Below, piece after piece: positions 26,021 through 36,032 of a stretch of 64,000 nucleotides of DNA (position 1 is the stretch's first letter; every line of letters starts with the position of its first letter). The translations under genes and the position numbers were made by a program. This DNA is from Candidatus Binatia bacterium (GTDB lineage: Bacteria > Desulfobacterota > Binatia > HRBIN30), in assembly GCA_038245295.1 (NCBI GenBank), contig JBBRSP010000017.1, positions 50,144-114,143 of the forward strand, written 5' to 3'. Under the pieces are notes generated by a model that was not told the origin of the DNA, did no database searches, and worked only from the letters and a program-made list of their open reading frames with translations.

Positions 26021-26827
26021 ATGCTCTCACACGCACAGGTCGCCGAGCATGCCGACCGTGTCGGGCGCGATGGCTACACGATCGTCGAGAACGCCATCGA
26101 GCCCGAGATGATCGACGCCATCGCCGAGGATCTGCTGCGCCTCGAGCACAAACACAACATCCGGCCGGCGAACAACCCGTTCGAAGGGAACAAGACGGTT
26201 CGGATCTACAACTTGCTGGTCTTCGGCGAGCTGTACGAACGCATCCCGGTGCACGAGAATGTGTTGCCGGTAGTCGAGAGTGTGCTCGACCCTGGCTGTC
26301 TCATTTCATCGCTTTCGTCGATCTCTATCTGTGCCGAGGAGCGGGCTCAGCCGATCCATGCCGACGATCAGTTGATCCCGCTGCCGCGTCCGCATCCGCC
26401 GTTGGTTTGCAACAGCATGTGGGCACTCACCGACTTCACAGAAGAGAATGGAGCCACCCGTCTGGTTCCCGGCTCGCACAAGCTGGATCACGCGCCCGAC
26501 TATTCGAAGCGCATCGAGACGATTCCTGCCGCGATGGCGAAGGGCAGCGTGCTGGTGTGGAACGGCAGCCTGTGGCACGGCGGCGGCGCCAACAAAACCG
26601 CCGAGCGGCGTGTCGGGATCGCCATGAACTACTGCGCCGGCTACATGCGCCAGCAGGAAAATCAGCAGCTTGGCATTCCGCGCGACATCGCCAAAGGATT
26701 CTCGCCGCGCCTGCGCGAGCTCGTCGGCTATGGCGTCTACAACGGCCTCATTGGACACATCAACAAGAAGAGCCCGGTCGGCTTGCTCGACGGGGACGGC
26801 GAGCAGCGGCTTACTTGGGATGTCTGA
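26021..26827 (+). CDS. Phytanoyl-CoA dioxygenase (PhyH) family Fe(II)/2-oxoglutarate oxygenase
   Basis: QPIHAD (HxD), DFTEENGATRLVPGSH, LWHGGGAN, RQQEN. Confidence 0.92.
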   Translation: MLSHAQVAEHADRVGRDGYTIVENAIEPEMIDAIAEDLLRLEHKHNIRPANNPFEGNKTVRIYNLLVFGELYERIPVHENVLPVVESVLDPGCLISSLSSISICAEERAQPIHADDQLIPLPRPHPPLVCNSMWALTDFTEENGATRLVPGSHKLDHAPDYSKRIETIPAAMAKGSVLVWNGSLWHGGGANKTAERRVGIAMNYCAGYMRQQENQQLGIPRDIAKGFSPRLRELVGYGVYNGLIGHINKKSPVGLLDGDGEQRLTWDV

Positions 26828-26832
26828 TGGCA

Positions 26833-26912
26833 CCGCAGGCTGAAGCCTGCGCCTACCACGTTGAAGTATACAGCCCGAATGTAAGCCGGTAGACGCAAGC
26901 TTTAGCTTGCGG
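26833..26912. repeat. GTAG-type REP doublet
   Basis: ccgcaggctgaagcctgcgcctacc ... ggtagacgcaagctttagcttgcgg. Confidence 0.82.
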
Positions 26913-26990
26913 TGATGGTCCGTCCGACCCGATGCGCCGAGCCGTCTCGCGTTTGGCATCGGCGAGCATCGTCGCTATGAGCCGACGCGG

Positions 26991-28385
<1,395 letters not shown>

Positions 28386-28394
28386 CGCAGCAAC

Positions 28395-28466
28395 CCTTAG
28401 CCTTAGCCTTAGCCTTAGCCTTAGCCTTAGCCTTAGCCCGAGCCCTAGCCTGCGCCTTTGCCTAGG
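28395..28466. repeat. Hexamer microsatellite (CCTTAG)7 followed by degenerate units
   Basis: Seven perfect copies at 28395-28436, then cccgag, ccctag, cctgcg, cctttg, cctagg. Confidence 0.95.
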
Positions 28467-28599
28467 CCCGCGTCGCTGCGATGCGACCGATGCGACGGTC
28501 CGACGGATGCGACGGATCGCCCATTGGGGCACTCTGATTGACTGAGCGTTACCCCTGGGGTTTTACGCCGAAGACCAAGACACTCAGAAGGAGGTCCAC

Positions 28600-29247
28600 A
28601 TGCCCACTGTACTCGGAGCCGGTGTTTCACCGTTTGTGCGTAAGGTTCGCGTCGCGTTGGCGGAGAAGGGGATTGCTTACGAGCATGATCCGGTGATTCC
28701 GTTCGGCGCGCCGCCGGAGTTCAGGAAGATCAGCCCGCTTGGGAAGATCCCCGCCTATCGCGATGGCGACAAAGAGCTGTGCGACTCGTCGGTCATCTGC
28801 GCCTATCTCGAGAAGACACACCCATCGCCATCGCTCTATCCGTCCGATGCCTACGACTACGCTCGCGCCTTGTGGTTCGAGGAGTATGCCGACGGCGGCA
28901 TGGTGAGCGTCGTCGGTCCGAAGATCTTCATGCAGAAGGTGCTCAATCCGTTGTTCTTCCAGAAGGCGACGGATGAGGCGGTCGTCAAGAAAGCCGTCGA
29001 GGAAGAGTTGCCGGTGTTCTTCGACTATCTCGAAAGCCAGTTGGGCACCGCGCCGTTTCTGGTCGGCAATCAGTTCAGCATCGGCGACATTGGCGTCGGC
29101 TCGCAGTTCGTGAATCTCAAGCACGCTGGCGTGTCGGTGGACGCCAAACGCTGGCCCAAGCTGGCGAAGTACGTTGCCGGGCTGTTCGCGCGACCGTCGT
29201 TCAAGGCGTTGATCGACGAAGAGTCGGCGCAATTCGGCGGAGCCTAG
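28600..29247 (+). CDS. Glutathione S-transferase family protein
   Basis: SPFVRKVR, SPLGKIP, DSSVICAYLE, FSIGDI. Confidence 0.93.
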   Translation: MPTVLGAGVSPFVRKVRVALAEKGIAYEHDPVIPFGAPPEFRKISPLGKIPAYRDGDKELCDSSVICAYLEKTHPSPSLYPSDAYDYARALWFEEYADGGMVSVVGPKIFMQKVLNPLFFQKATDEAVVKKAVEEELPVFFDYLESQLGTAPFLVGNQFSIGDIGVGSQFVNLKHAGVSVDAKRWPKLAKYVAGLFARPSFKALIDEESAQFGGA

Positions 29248-29250
29248 ACT

Positions 29251-29344
29251 CCGCACGCTGAAGCTTGCGCCTACCTCGCTCGGGCAGCACGTCGTTCCTG
29301 ACACCCACCGTGTGCGAGTTGGTAGGCGCAGGCTTCAGCCTGCG
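29251..29344. repeat. GTAG-type REP doublet
   Basis: ccgcacgctgaagcttgcgcctacc ... ggtaggcgcaggcttcagcctgcg. Confidence 0.82.
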
Positions 29345-29415
29345 ATGGAATGCCGGGCGGCGGCCATTGAATCCAGTGGGTAGCGCGCTTCGCGAGAAGG
29401 AAATAAAGAGGGGGC

Positions 29416-30651
29416 ATGAAGTTCCCGCAATCCGGCCGCGCCGCCGTAGATATTCTCGAAGATCTCGATGTCCTCAAACGCCGCGACATCGACTGGAAGT
29501 CCGGTCGTGCTTTCAGCCTGGCGTATTTTGCCGGCCAGGATGTTCTCGACCTGGCGACCGACGCCTACGTCAAGTTCCTCTCCACCAATGCTCTGAATCC
29601 CGCCGCCTTCCCCAGCCTGGCGCGCATGCAGCGTGATGTCGTGGGTTGGATGATCGATCTCCTCAACGGCGGACCCGAGGCTGCCGGCTTCATGACTACC
29701 GGTGGCACCGAGAGTATCCTCATGGCCGTCAAAGCGGCGCGCACGCGTGGTCGCAAACGCGGCATCGCGCATCCCGAGATGGTCCTTCCGGCGTCGGCGC
29801 ATGCCGCCTTCGAGAAGGGTGCCGAGTACTTCGGCGTCAAGTCGGTGCGGATCCCGGTGCGCGCCGACTACCGCGCCGACGTCGACGCGATGTCTGCGGC
29901 GGTGAACGCCAATACCGTCCTGCTGGTCGCTTCCGCTCCGCAATACCCGCAGGGGGTGATCGATCCGATCGCCGCAGTGGCGGCAATCGCCTCGCACCAC
30001 GACATCAATTGCCATGTCGATGCCTGTATGGGCGGCATCACGTTGCCGATGCTTGAGCGTCTTGGGTACCCGATCGCCGCTTTCGATTTCCGTGTTCCGG
30101 GGGTGACGTCGATCTCGGTTGATCTCCACAAGTATGGCTACACCGCCAAGGGCGCTTCGGTGATCTTGCATCGCAACAAGGAGCTGCGGAAACATCAGAC
30201 GTTCGTTACCGAGAACTGGCTCGGCGGCGCCTACGGCAGCTCCGGTGTGATGGGTACCAAGGGTGGCGGCTCGATCGCCGCGGCGTGGGCCGTCATGCAG
30301 TATCTGGGAGAAGAGGGCTATCTGCGTCTCACCAAACAGGCCCGCGATGCGACCGAAGCGCTGCGCGACGGCCTAGGCGGCGTGCCCGGCGTGCGGCTTC
30401 GGGCCGAGCCCGACGCCACCTTGCTGAGCTTTTCCTTCGACGACGTGGATGCCTTCGCTGTTGGCTCGGCGCTGCGGGCGCGCGATTGGCTGGCCGATGA
30501 GCAGAAACCGCCACCGAGTCTGCATTGCACCGTCAACGCCGTGCACGGACCCGTCATCAACGAGTTTCTCGAGGCTCTCACCGAGTCGATCGAAGAAGTG
30601 CGCGCCGCTTCTTCGCCGGGCGTGCAGAAGGCGTACGCCGGCGTCGAGTAG
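29416..30651 (+). CDS. PLP-dependent group II decarboxylase-fold enzyme, sphingosine-1-phosphate-lyase-like
   Basis: TTGGTESILMA, AHAAFEK, SAPQYPQGVIDPI, HVDACMGG, SISVDLHKYG. Confidence 0.85.
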   Translation: MKFPQSGRAAVDILEDLDVLKRRDIDWKSGRAFSLAYFAGQDVLDLATDAYVKFLSTNALNPAAFPSLARMQRDVVGWMIDLLNGGPEAAGFMTTGGTESILMAVKAARTRGRKRGIAHPEMVLPASAHAAFEKGAEYFGVKSVRIPVRADYRADVDAMSAAVNANTVLLVASAPQYPQGVIDPIAAVAAIASHHDINCHVDACMGGITLPMLERLGYPIAAFDFRVPGVTSISVDLHKYGYTAKGASVILHRNKELRKHQTFVTENWLGGAYGSSGVMGTKGGGSIAAAWAVMQYLGEEGYLRLTKQARDATEALRDGLGGVPGVRLRAEPDATLLSFSFDDVDAFAVGSALRARDWLADEQKPPPSLHCTVNAVHGPVINEFLEALTESIEEVRAASSPGVQKAYAGVE

Positions 30652-30706
30652 GAACCCTCACCCCGGCTTTGCAAATACGATCAATGGTCCGGCAGCGATC
30701 AGCTGT

Positions 30707-30786
30707 CCGCAGGCTGAAGCCTGCGCCTACCGCGCTGGAATTCGCGGTGGGAGTGGAGATTGGTAGGCGCAGGCTTCAGCCTGCGG
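30707..30786. repeat. GTAG-type REP doublet
   Basis: ccgcaggctgaagcctgcgcctacc ... ggtaggcgcaggcttcagcctgcgg. Confidence 0.85.
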
Positions 30787-30880
30787 ACGAGGCGAATTCC
30801 TGCGCGAAGCCGAGTGAGGGCCCGCACTTGCTTTCCTCCCACCGAAGCAGGCAATCTCCGCGGCGCATGCGAGATCAACG

Positions 30881-32038
30881 ATGAGTACTTCCATCCGTGA
30901 CCGCACCGCCATCGTCGGCATCGGTCAAACCTCTTTCGGCAAGGGTCTGGAAGACAGCGAGCTGTCGCTCGCCTGCCAGGCCATCGTCATGGCCCTTGCG
31001 GATGCCGGTTTGGAGCCGAGTCAGGTCGACGGCCTGGCGATGTTCTCCATGGAGAGCGGCCGCGAGGTCGAGGTGGCGCGCAACGTTGGCCTCGGCGACA
31101 TTACCTACTTCGGCGAGATTGGTTATGGCGGCGGCGCCGGTTGTGCCGCCGTCGGCCACGCGTCGATGGCCGTCGCCACCGGGCAATGCAAAGTCGCCGT
31201 TGCCTGGCGGGCCCGTAAACGTTCGGCCAAGGCCAGCCGACCGTGGGCCAATGTCGCGGCGCGTGTCGGCGGGGCGCATCAATGGACCCGCCCGTTCGGC
31301 TTGCTGCGGCCGGTCGACGAGATCGCCATGCTGACACGGCGCTACATGCACCAGTTCGGCGCGACACGCGAACACCTCGCCAATGTCGCGCTCGCTTTCC
31401 GCAAACACGCCAACCGCAACCCCAACGCGACGATGTACGAGAAGAAGATGACGCGCGACGACTATCGGAAGGCGCGCTGGGTTTCGGAGCCGCTGTGCCT
31501 GTTCGACAACTGCCTCGAAACCGATGGTGCGCTCGCGGTGGTCATCACCTCGGCGGAGCGGGCCAAGGATCTGCCGCAGAAGCCGGTTTATCTCCACTCG
31601 TTCGCCCAGGGTATCCCGCGGCAGCATCAGGTTATGACCAATTACTTCAATGATGATCCGCTGCTTGGTCCATCGTACGCCTGCGCCAAACTGCTGTGGC
31701 AGAACAGCGACTTCAAGCCGAAGGACGTCCGTGTGGCACAACTCTACGACGCCTTCAGTCCGCTCATCCCACTGTCACTCGAAGGCTACGGCTTCTGTGG
31801 GCGCGGCGAAGGCGCGGCATTCACCGACAACGGTGCCCTCGAGTGGCCGAATGGTCGGCTGCCAACCAACACCGCCGGTGGCGGAATGTCGGAAGCCTAT
31901 GTGCACGGATTCAACCTTGTCATCGAGGGCGTGCGGCAGATGCGTGGCACCTCGACCTCGCAGGTGGACGCCGCCGAGTCCTGCCTGGTGACCAGCGGCG
32001 AAGGTGTGCCCACCAGCGCCTTGTTGCTGCGGAGGTAA
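30881..32038 (+). CDS. SCP-x/lipid-transfer-type thiolase-superfamily protein (Ltp2-like aldolase)
   Basis: TAIVGIGQT, DNCLETDG, QLYDAFS, NTAGGGMSEAYVHG. Confidence 0.88.
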   Translation: MSTSIRDRTAIVGIGQTSFGKGLEDSELSLACQAIVMALADAGLEPSQVDGLAMFSMESGREVEVARNVGLGDITYFGEIGYGGGAGCAAVGHASMAVATGQCKVAVAWRARKRSAKASRPWANVAARVGGAHQWTRPFGLLRPVDEIAMLTRRYMHQFGATREHLANVALAFRKHANRNPNATMYEKKMTRDDYRKARWVSEPLCLFDNCLETDGALAVVITSAERAKDLPQKPVYLHSFAQGIPRQHQVMTNYFNDDPLLGPSYACAKLLWQNSDFKPKDVRVAQLYDAFSPLIPLSLEGYGFCGRGEGAAFTDNGALEWPNGRLPTNTAGGGMSEAYVHGFNLVIEGVRQMRGTSTSQVDAAESCLVTSGEGVPTSALLLRR

Positions 32039-32041
32039 GTT

Positions 32042-32479
32042 GTGGAAAGCGCCTTTCTTCTCCCTGATCTTGAAGATCCTGAAGGTGCCCCGTTCTGGGA
32101 GGGCACAGCGCGCGGCGAATTGCGCGTTCAGGCTTGCGCCGCCTGCGGCCAATGCCGCATTCCGCCGCGGCCGATGTGCCCGAGTTGTCACTCGACCAAG
32201 CAGCGCTGGGAGATTCTCAGCGGCCGCGGTCGTATCTGGTCGTTTGTCGTGCCGTATCCGCCGCTGTTGCCGGCCTATCAGGCTTTGGCTCCCTACAACG
32301 TGATCGTCGTCGAGCTCGAGGAAGATCCGCGGCTACGTCTGGTGGGTAACCTCGTGGCGCGCGCGGACGGGCCGATCAACGAGGTGGATCCGACGACGAT
32401 CCGCATCGGCCAGGCAGTCCGCGTCGTGTTTCAACCCGAAGGCGATGTGGTGTTTCCTCGGTGGATAGCGATTGTGTGA
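32042..32479 (+). CDS. DUF35 Zn-ribbon/OB-fold protein (thiolase partner)
   Basis: PFWEG, CAAC...PPRPMCPSC, SGRGRIWSF; GTG start. Confidence 0.92.
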   Translation: MESAFLLPDLEDPEGAPFWEGTARGELRVQACAACGQCRIPPRPMCPSCHSTKQRWEILSGRGRIWSFVVPYPPLLPAYQALAPYNVIVVELEEDPRLRLVGNLVARADGPINEVDPTTIRIGQAVRVVFQPEGDVVFPRWIAIV

Positions 32480-32510
32480 CGTATCGCTTGCGGTCGTCGT
32501 TCCGGCCAAG

Positions 32511-32668
32511 GAGACTGTCGATAAACTGAAATGAAGCAACGTCATCCCGGCGAAAGCCGGGATCTCCTCGAGTGGAAGACCAAGAATGCTGGGGAGATAC
32601 CGGCTTTCGCCGGTATGACGGGGGTTTGCGCTGTTTCAAACGATGAATCAGAGAAAATCGACAGGCTC
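32511..32668. mobile_element. MITE family A, copy 2, inserted in the loop of a GTCnTTCCGGC-type palindrome (element spans about 32495-32742)
   Basis: TIR gagactgtcgat/atcgacaggctc; flanks gttccggc-caag | gaag-gccggaac. Confidence 0.8.
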
Positions 32669-32783
32669 GAAGGCCGGAACCCAGTGATGGGGTCGAAGCG
32701 CCAGGGCTAAACGCCTGGATCCCGGCTTTCGCCGGGATGACGGGCTTGACGGGTCGGGAGCACGATGGTCGCGCGGAGCACCT

Positions 32784-33962
32784 ATGACAAACGAAGTCGT
32801 CTACAACCCATTCGCCTACGAGATCCACGAGGATCCTTATCCAACGTACAAACGCCTGCGCGACGAGGCGCCAGCCTACTACAATGCACAGCACGACTTC
32901 TGGGCTCTGTCGCGTTACCAGGATCTCTACGAGGCGATGCACGATTGGCAAACCTACTCGAACCTCGGGGGCGTCGCTCTGGAGAAGGGTAGCGGCATGG
33001 CGCCGCCGATGATCATCGCCATGGACCCGCCGCGCCAGACCAAGCTGCGCAAGATCATCAGCAGCGCCTTTACCCCACGCCGCATCGCCATGCTGGAGCC
33101 GAAGGTGCGCGAGCTGACGCGGAAGTATTTGGCGCCGCTCGTTCATCGCGGTGAATTCGACTTCATCCAGGACTTCGCCGCAAGGCTACCCATGGACGTG
33201 ATCAGCACGATGATGGGTGTGCCGGAAGCCGACCAGGACATGTTGCGCGGCTGGGCCGATGCTTTATTGCACCGCGAGGAAGGCAATCCGGAAGTCCCTA
33301 AAGAAGGCATCGAAGGCGCCACCAATCTGGTGCGTTACTTCGCTACCGACATTCGCAAACGCCGAGGCAACCTGGGCGACGATCTGATCAGTGCCCTGAT
33401 CACCATCGAATCCGACGGCGAGAAGCTCAGTGATGACGAGATCTACGGGTTCTGCTTTCTGTTGGTGATCGCCGGGAATGAAACGACCACCAAGATGCTC
33501 GGCAACGTCCTGCTGCAACTGCACCGCCATCGCGATCAACGCGATCAGGTCGTCGCCGATCCGCGGCGTGCTGCCGATGCGGTGGAAGAGATCGTGCGCT
33601 TCGACAACTCGACGCAGATGTTGGCGCGGGTGTTGACCCGTGACGTCGAGATGCACGGTCGGAGGATGCAGGCCGGCAAGAAGCTTCTCTTGTTGTTGGG
33701 TGCGGGCAACCGCGACGAGCGTGTCTTCGATAATCCCGACAAGTTCGACATAAACCGCAAACCGCAACAACATCTCGGCTTCGGCTTCGGGACTCACGTC
33801 TGCCTCGGTGCGGCATTGGCACGTCTCGAAGGCCGCGTGGCGCTCGAGGAGATCCACGCGGTCATTCACGATTACGAGGTGGATGAGGCGGGTATGGAAC
33901 GTGTGCACTCAACCAACGTACGCGGCTACTCGCGCATGCCGATTCGCTTCCGCGCCGGCTAA
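32784..33962 (+). CDS. Cytochrome P450
   Basis: AGNETT I-helix, EIVR (ExxR), FGFGTHVCLG heme motif. Confidence 0.95.
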   Translation: MTNEVVYNPFAYEIHEDPYPTYKRLRDEAPAYYNAQHDFWALSRYQDLYEAMHDWQTYSNLGGVALEKGSGMAPPMIIAMDPPRQTKLRKIISSAFTPRRIAMLEPKVRELTRKYLAPLVHRGEFDFIQDFAARLPMDVISTMMGVPEADQDMLRGWADALLHREEGNPEVPKEGIEGATNLVRYFATDIRKRRGNLGDDLISALITIESDGEKLSDDEIYGFCFLLVIAGNETTTKMLGNVLLQLHRHRDQRDQVVADPRRAADAVEEIVRFDNSTQMLARVLTRDVEMHGRRMQAGKKLLLLLGAGNRDERVFDNPDKFDINRKPQQHLGFGFGTHVCLGAALARLEGRVALEEIHAVIHDYEVDEAGMERVHSTNVRGYSRMPIRFRAG

Positions 33963-33979
33963 CCGCCGCTATTTGTACC

Positions 33980-34068
33980 GCCGCAGGCTAACGTCGGCTA
34001 AAGCCTGCGCCTACCCGTGTGCGTTTTCACTCGGAACGGGAGCCGGTAGGCGCAGGCTTCAGCCTGCG
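33980..34068. repeat. GTAG-type REP doublet
   Basis: gctaaagcctgcgcctacc ... ggtaggcgcaggcttcagcctgcg. Confidence 0.8.
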
Positions 34069-34151
34069 CCGTTTGTGCCGCGACGGCAGGGGCAAAACCC
34101 GATGGGCTCGATGCGGACCACCCGGCTTTGCCCTGGGCAAAGCCGGCGCCC

Positions 34152-34814
34152 CTAACGACCCAGAAGTAGACCGAGGATCACCACCGCGCCGACGAGCGCG
34201 ACGATGAGCAGGGTCATCGAGCTCGACGACGAGGACGCCGGATCGGCGGCGTTGTCGATGAACGGCGCTTCGGTGTCATGCTCGGCTGGGCGAACGGCGT
34301 GGGGCTCGTCCGTATGCTGCACCGGCACATCCAGCGGCTCCGCCGCCGCCATTGCCTCGCGCTCCAGCTCGTCTTCGTCGATGGCGCCTTCGGTCGGGTC
34401 CTTGATCTCGCCGTCCGATTGCAACTCGGCCAGCATCTCTTGAGCCGTCTCGAGGTCGGCGTGTGCCACATAGATCTGCACGATCATCGAGCGCGCCAGG
34501 GCGCCGCGGTCGGGGAGTCCGGGGCCGCAGAACAGCTCTTCGCCCTTGCATCGTTGCGCCGTGAAGATGCCGGCGCCGGCGAGGCAGGCGGCTACCACGT
34601 GGGCTTGCTGGCCGGGTAGGGTGGCGAGCACGGTATCGAGACGGATCTCGAGCTCCGCCTCCTCAGACTGTTCGTGTTCGTCGTCGACTTCTTCGCCGCG
34701 TCGAGCCCCGCGCGCCGGCGGCGGGCCCGCCTTGAGGGCTCCGCCGCACTCGGCGCACGTCTTGGCCTGGGCGACGTACTCGCCGCCGCAGTCTGGGCAG
34801 TGTTGAACTTGCAC
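34152..34814 (-). CDS. Hypothetical protein: N-terminal Zn ribbon, small central domain, acidic linker, C-terminal TM anchor
   Basis: CPDCG...CAECG; hydrophobic C-terminus; GTG start at 34814 inferred. Confidence 0.7.
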   Translation of the reverse strand: MQVQHCPDCGGEYVAQAKTCAECGGALKAGPPPARGARRGEEVDDEHEQSEEAELEIRLDTVLATLPGQQAHVVAACLAGAGIFTAQRCKGEELFCGPGLPDRGALARSMIVQIYVAHADLETAQEMLAELQSDGEIKDPTEGAIDEDELEREAMAAAEPLDVPVQHTDEPHAVRPAEHDTEAPFIDNAADPASSSSSSMTLLIVALVGAVVILGLLLGR

Positions 34815-34831
34815 GCTGCGCTCCCTGCGGC

Positions 34832-35335
34832 TTAGCCGCCGTAGAAGGTTTTCTCGCCGAGATCCTTCATCCACAGCGTCGCGTCGTCGGCGCGGCCTTC
34901 CGGCTGTTGGCGCACCGACACGTCGACTACTTCACCGATCATGACACTGTGGTCGCCGCGCTCGATGCACTCGACCAGCTTGCATTCGATGACCGCCGGA
35001 GCCTTGTCGAGAAGCGGCGCGCCCGTGCTTCCCGTCTTGTAGGCCTCTCCCGAGATCGTGTTGCCGTCCTTGGTGGCCGGTTTGAAGAAGGCGAATGCCA
35101 TCGCCTGTTGGCCTTTGCCGAGAACATTGAGCGCGAAGGTTTTCGTTTCCTTGATCATCGCATGGGTCCCGGAGTCGGCTTTGACGCCGACGACGACGAG
35201 CGGCGGCTCGAACGACGCCTGGGTTACCCAGTTGACCGTCGCGGCGGCGACTTGTCCGGCCTTGTTCTCGGCGGTCAGGACGTAGAGTCCGTAAGGGATC
35301 ATGCGCAGCGCCGTCTTCTTTTCAGCAGCATCCAT
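34832..35335 (-). CDS. Flavin reductase-like (RutF/DIM6) protein
   Basis: ALRMIPYGLYVLT, QASFEPPLV, GDHSVMIGEV. Confidence 0.9.
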   Translation of the reverse strand: MDAAEKKTALRMIPYGLYVLTAENKAGQVAAATVNWVTQASFEPPLVVVGVKADSGTHAMIKETKTFALNVLGKGQQAMAFAFFKPATKDGNTISGEAYKTGSTGAPLLDKAPAVIECKLVECIERGDHSVMIGEVVDVSVRQQPEGRADDATLWMKDLGEKTFYGG

Positions 35336-35432
35336 GGTCAGAGTCTCCTTCTTCACGGGCTTCGGTTCGCCGTTACTCGGGGGTTGCGGCCTCGAAGTCA
35401 AGACGCCGCCCCGACGGGCGCACGTCGGATGA

Positions 35433-36032
35433 TCAACGTGCGGCGTGGATGGAGTGCACGCCCTCGGCAATTTCTCCCGCCAGATCGTCGAGCGCCGCGC
35501 TCATCGCGGCGACCGCTGCCTCGGTGTCGCCACCGGCGCTCTGTTTCACGATTGTGCTCTCGTGCCAAAGGACAGTGTCCTTGCCGCGCCGTACTACCCA
35601 GTGCGCCGCCAGCTCGGCGACGCCCGAGGCATCCACTTCGAAGTGGGTGATGTCGACCTGGACGCCGAAGTCGACACCGCCGGGCGGCCACGGATAGTTG
35701 GCGACGCGCCCGATACGCTCACGATTCTCGATATCCTGTGCCAGTACACGCGGCACGGCGCTGCGCAGGGGTTCGGCCCAGCGTTCGTACTCGGCGACGC
35801 GCACACGGTTGCTGCCGTCGCGGCGAACCATCTGCGGCCGGTCCAGATAGGACGGCAGCGAGATGGGTCCGAGGCCAACCGTGAGCTTGGCGGTGGCGGC
35901 GTCGGTGTTGCGCTCGACCGGGCGCAAGACGAAGTATTGTGTCGGGTCGGGACGCGGCTCGAGAACCGAACAGCCGGCGACGAGGCACGAGAGAAGCAGG
36001 ACGACAACAAGACGAAGCGGCGAAAGGGTCAT
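35433..36032 (-). CDS. pqiC: PqiC-like ABC auxiliary lipoprotein
   Basis: Lipobox VAGC, LPSYLDRPQMV, WAEPL. Confidence 0.85.
   Translation of the reverse strand: MTLSPLRLVVVLLLSCLVAGCSVLEPRPDPTQYFVLRPVERNTDAATAKLTVGLGPISLPSYLDRPQMVRRDGSNRVRVAEYERWAEPLRSAVPRVLAQDIENRERIGRVANYPWPPGGVDFGVQVDITHFEVDASGVAELAAHWVVRRGKDTVLWHESTIVKQSAGGDTEAAVAAMSAALDDLAGEIAEGVHSIHAAR

Noticed and set aside
28395..28436. Telomere-like repeat or eukaryotic contamination
   Set aside because: The unit TTAGCC is neither TTAGGG nor TTAGGC on either strand, and it is embedded between normal bacterial genes
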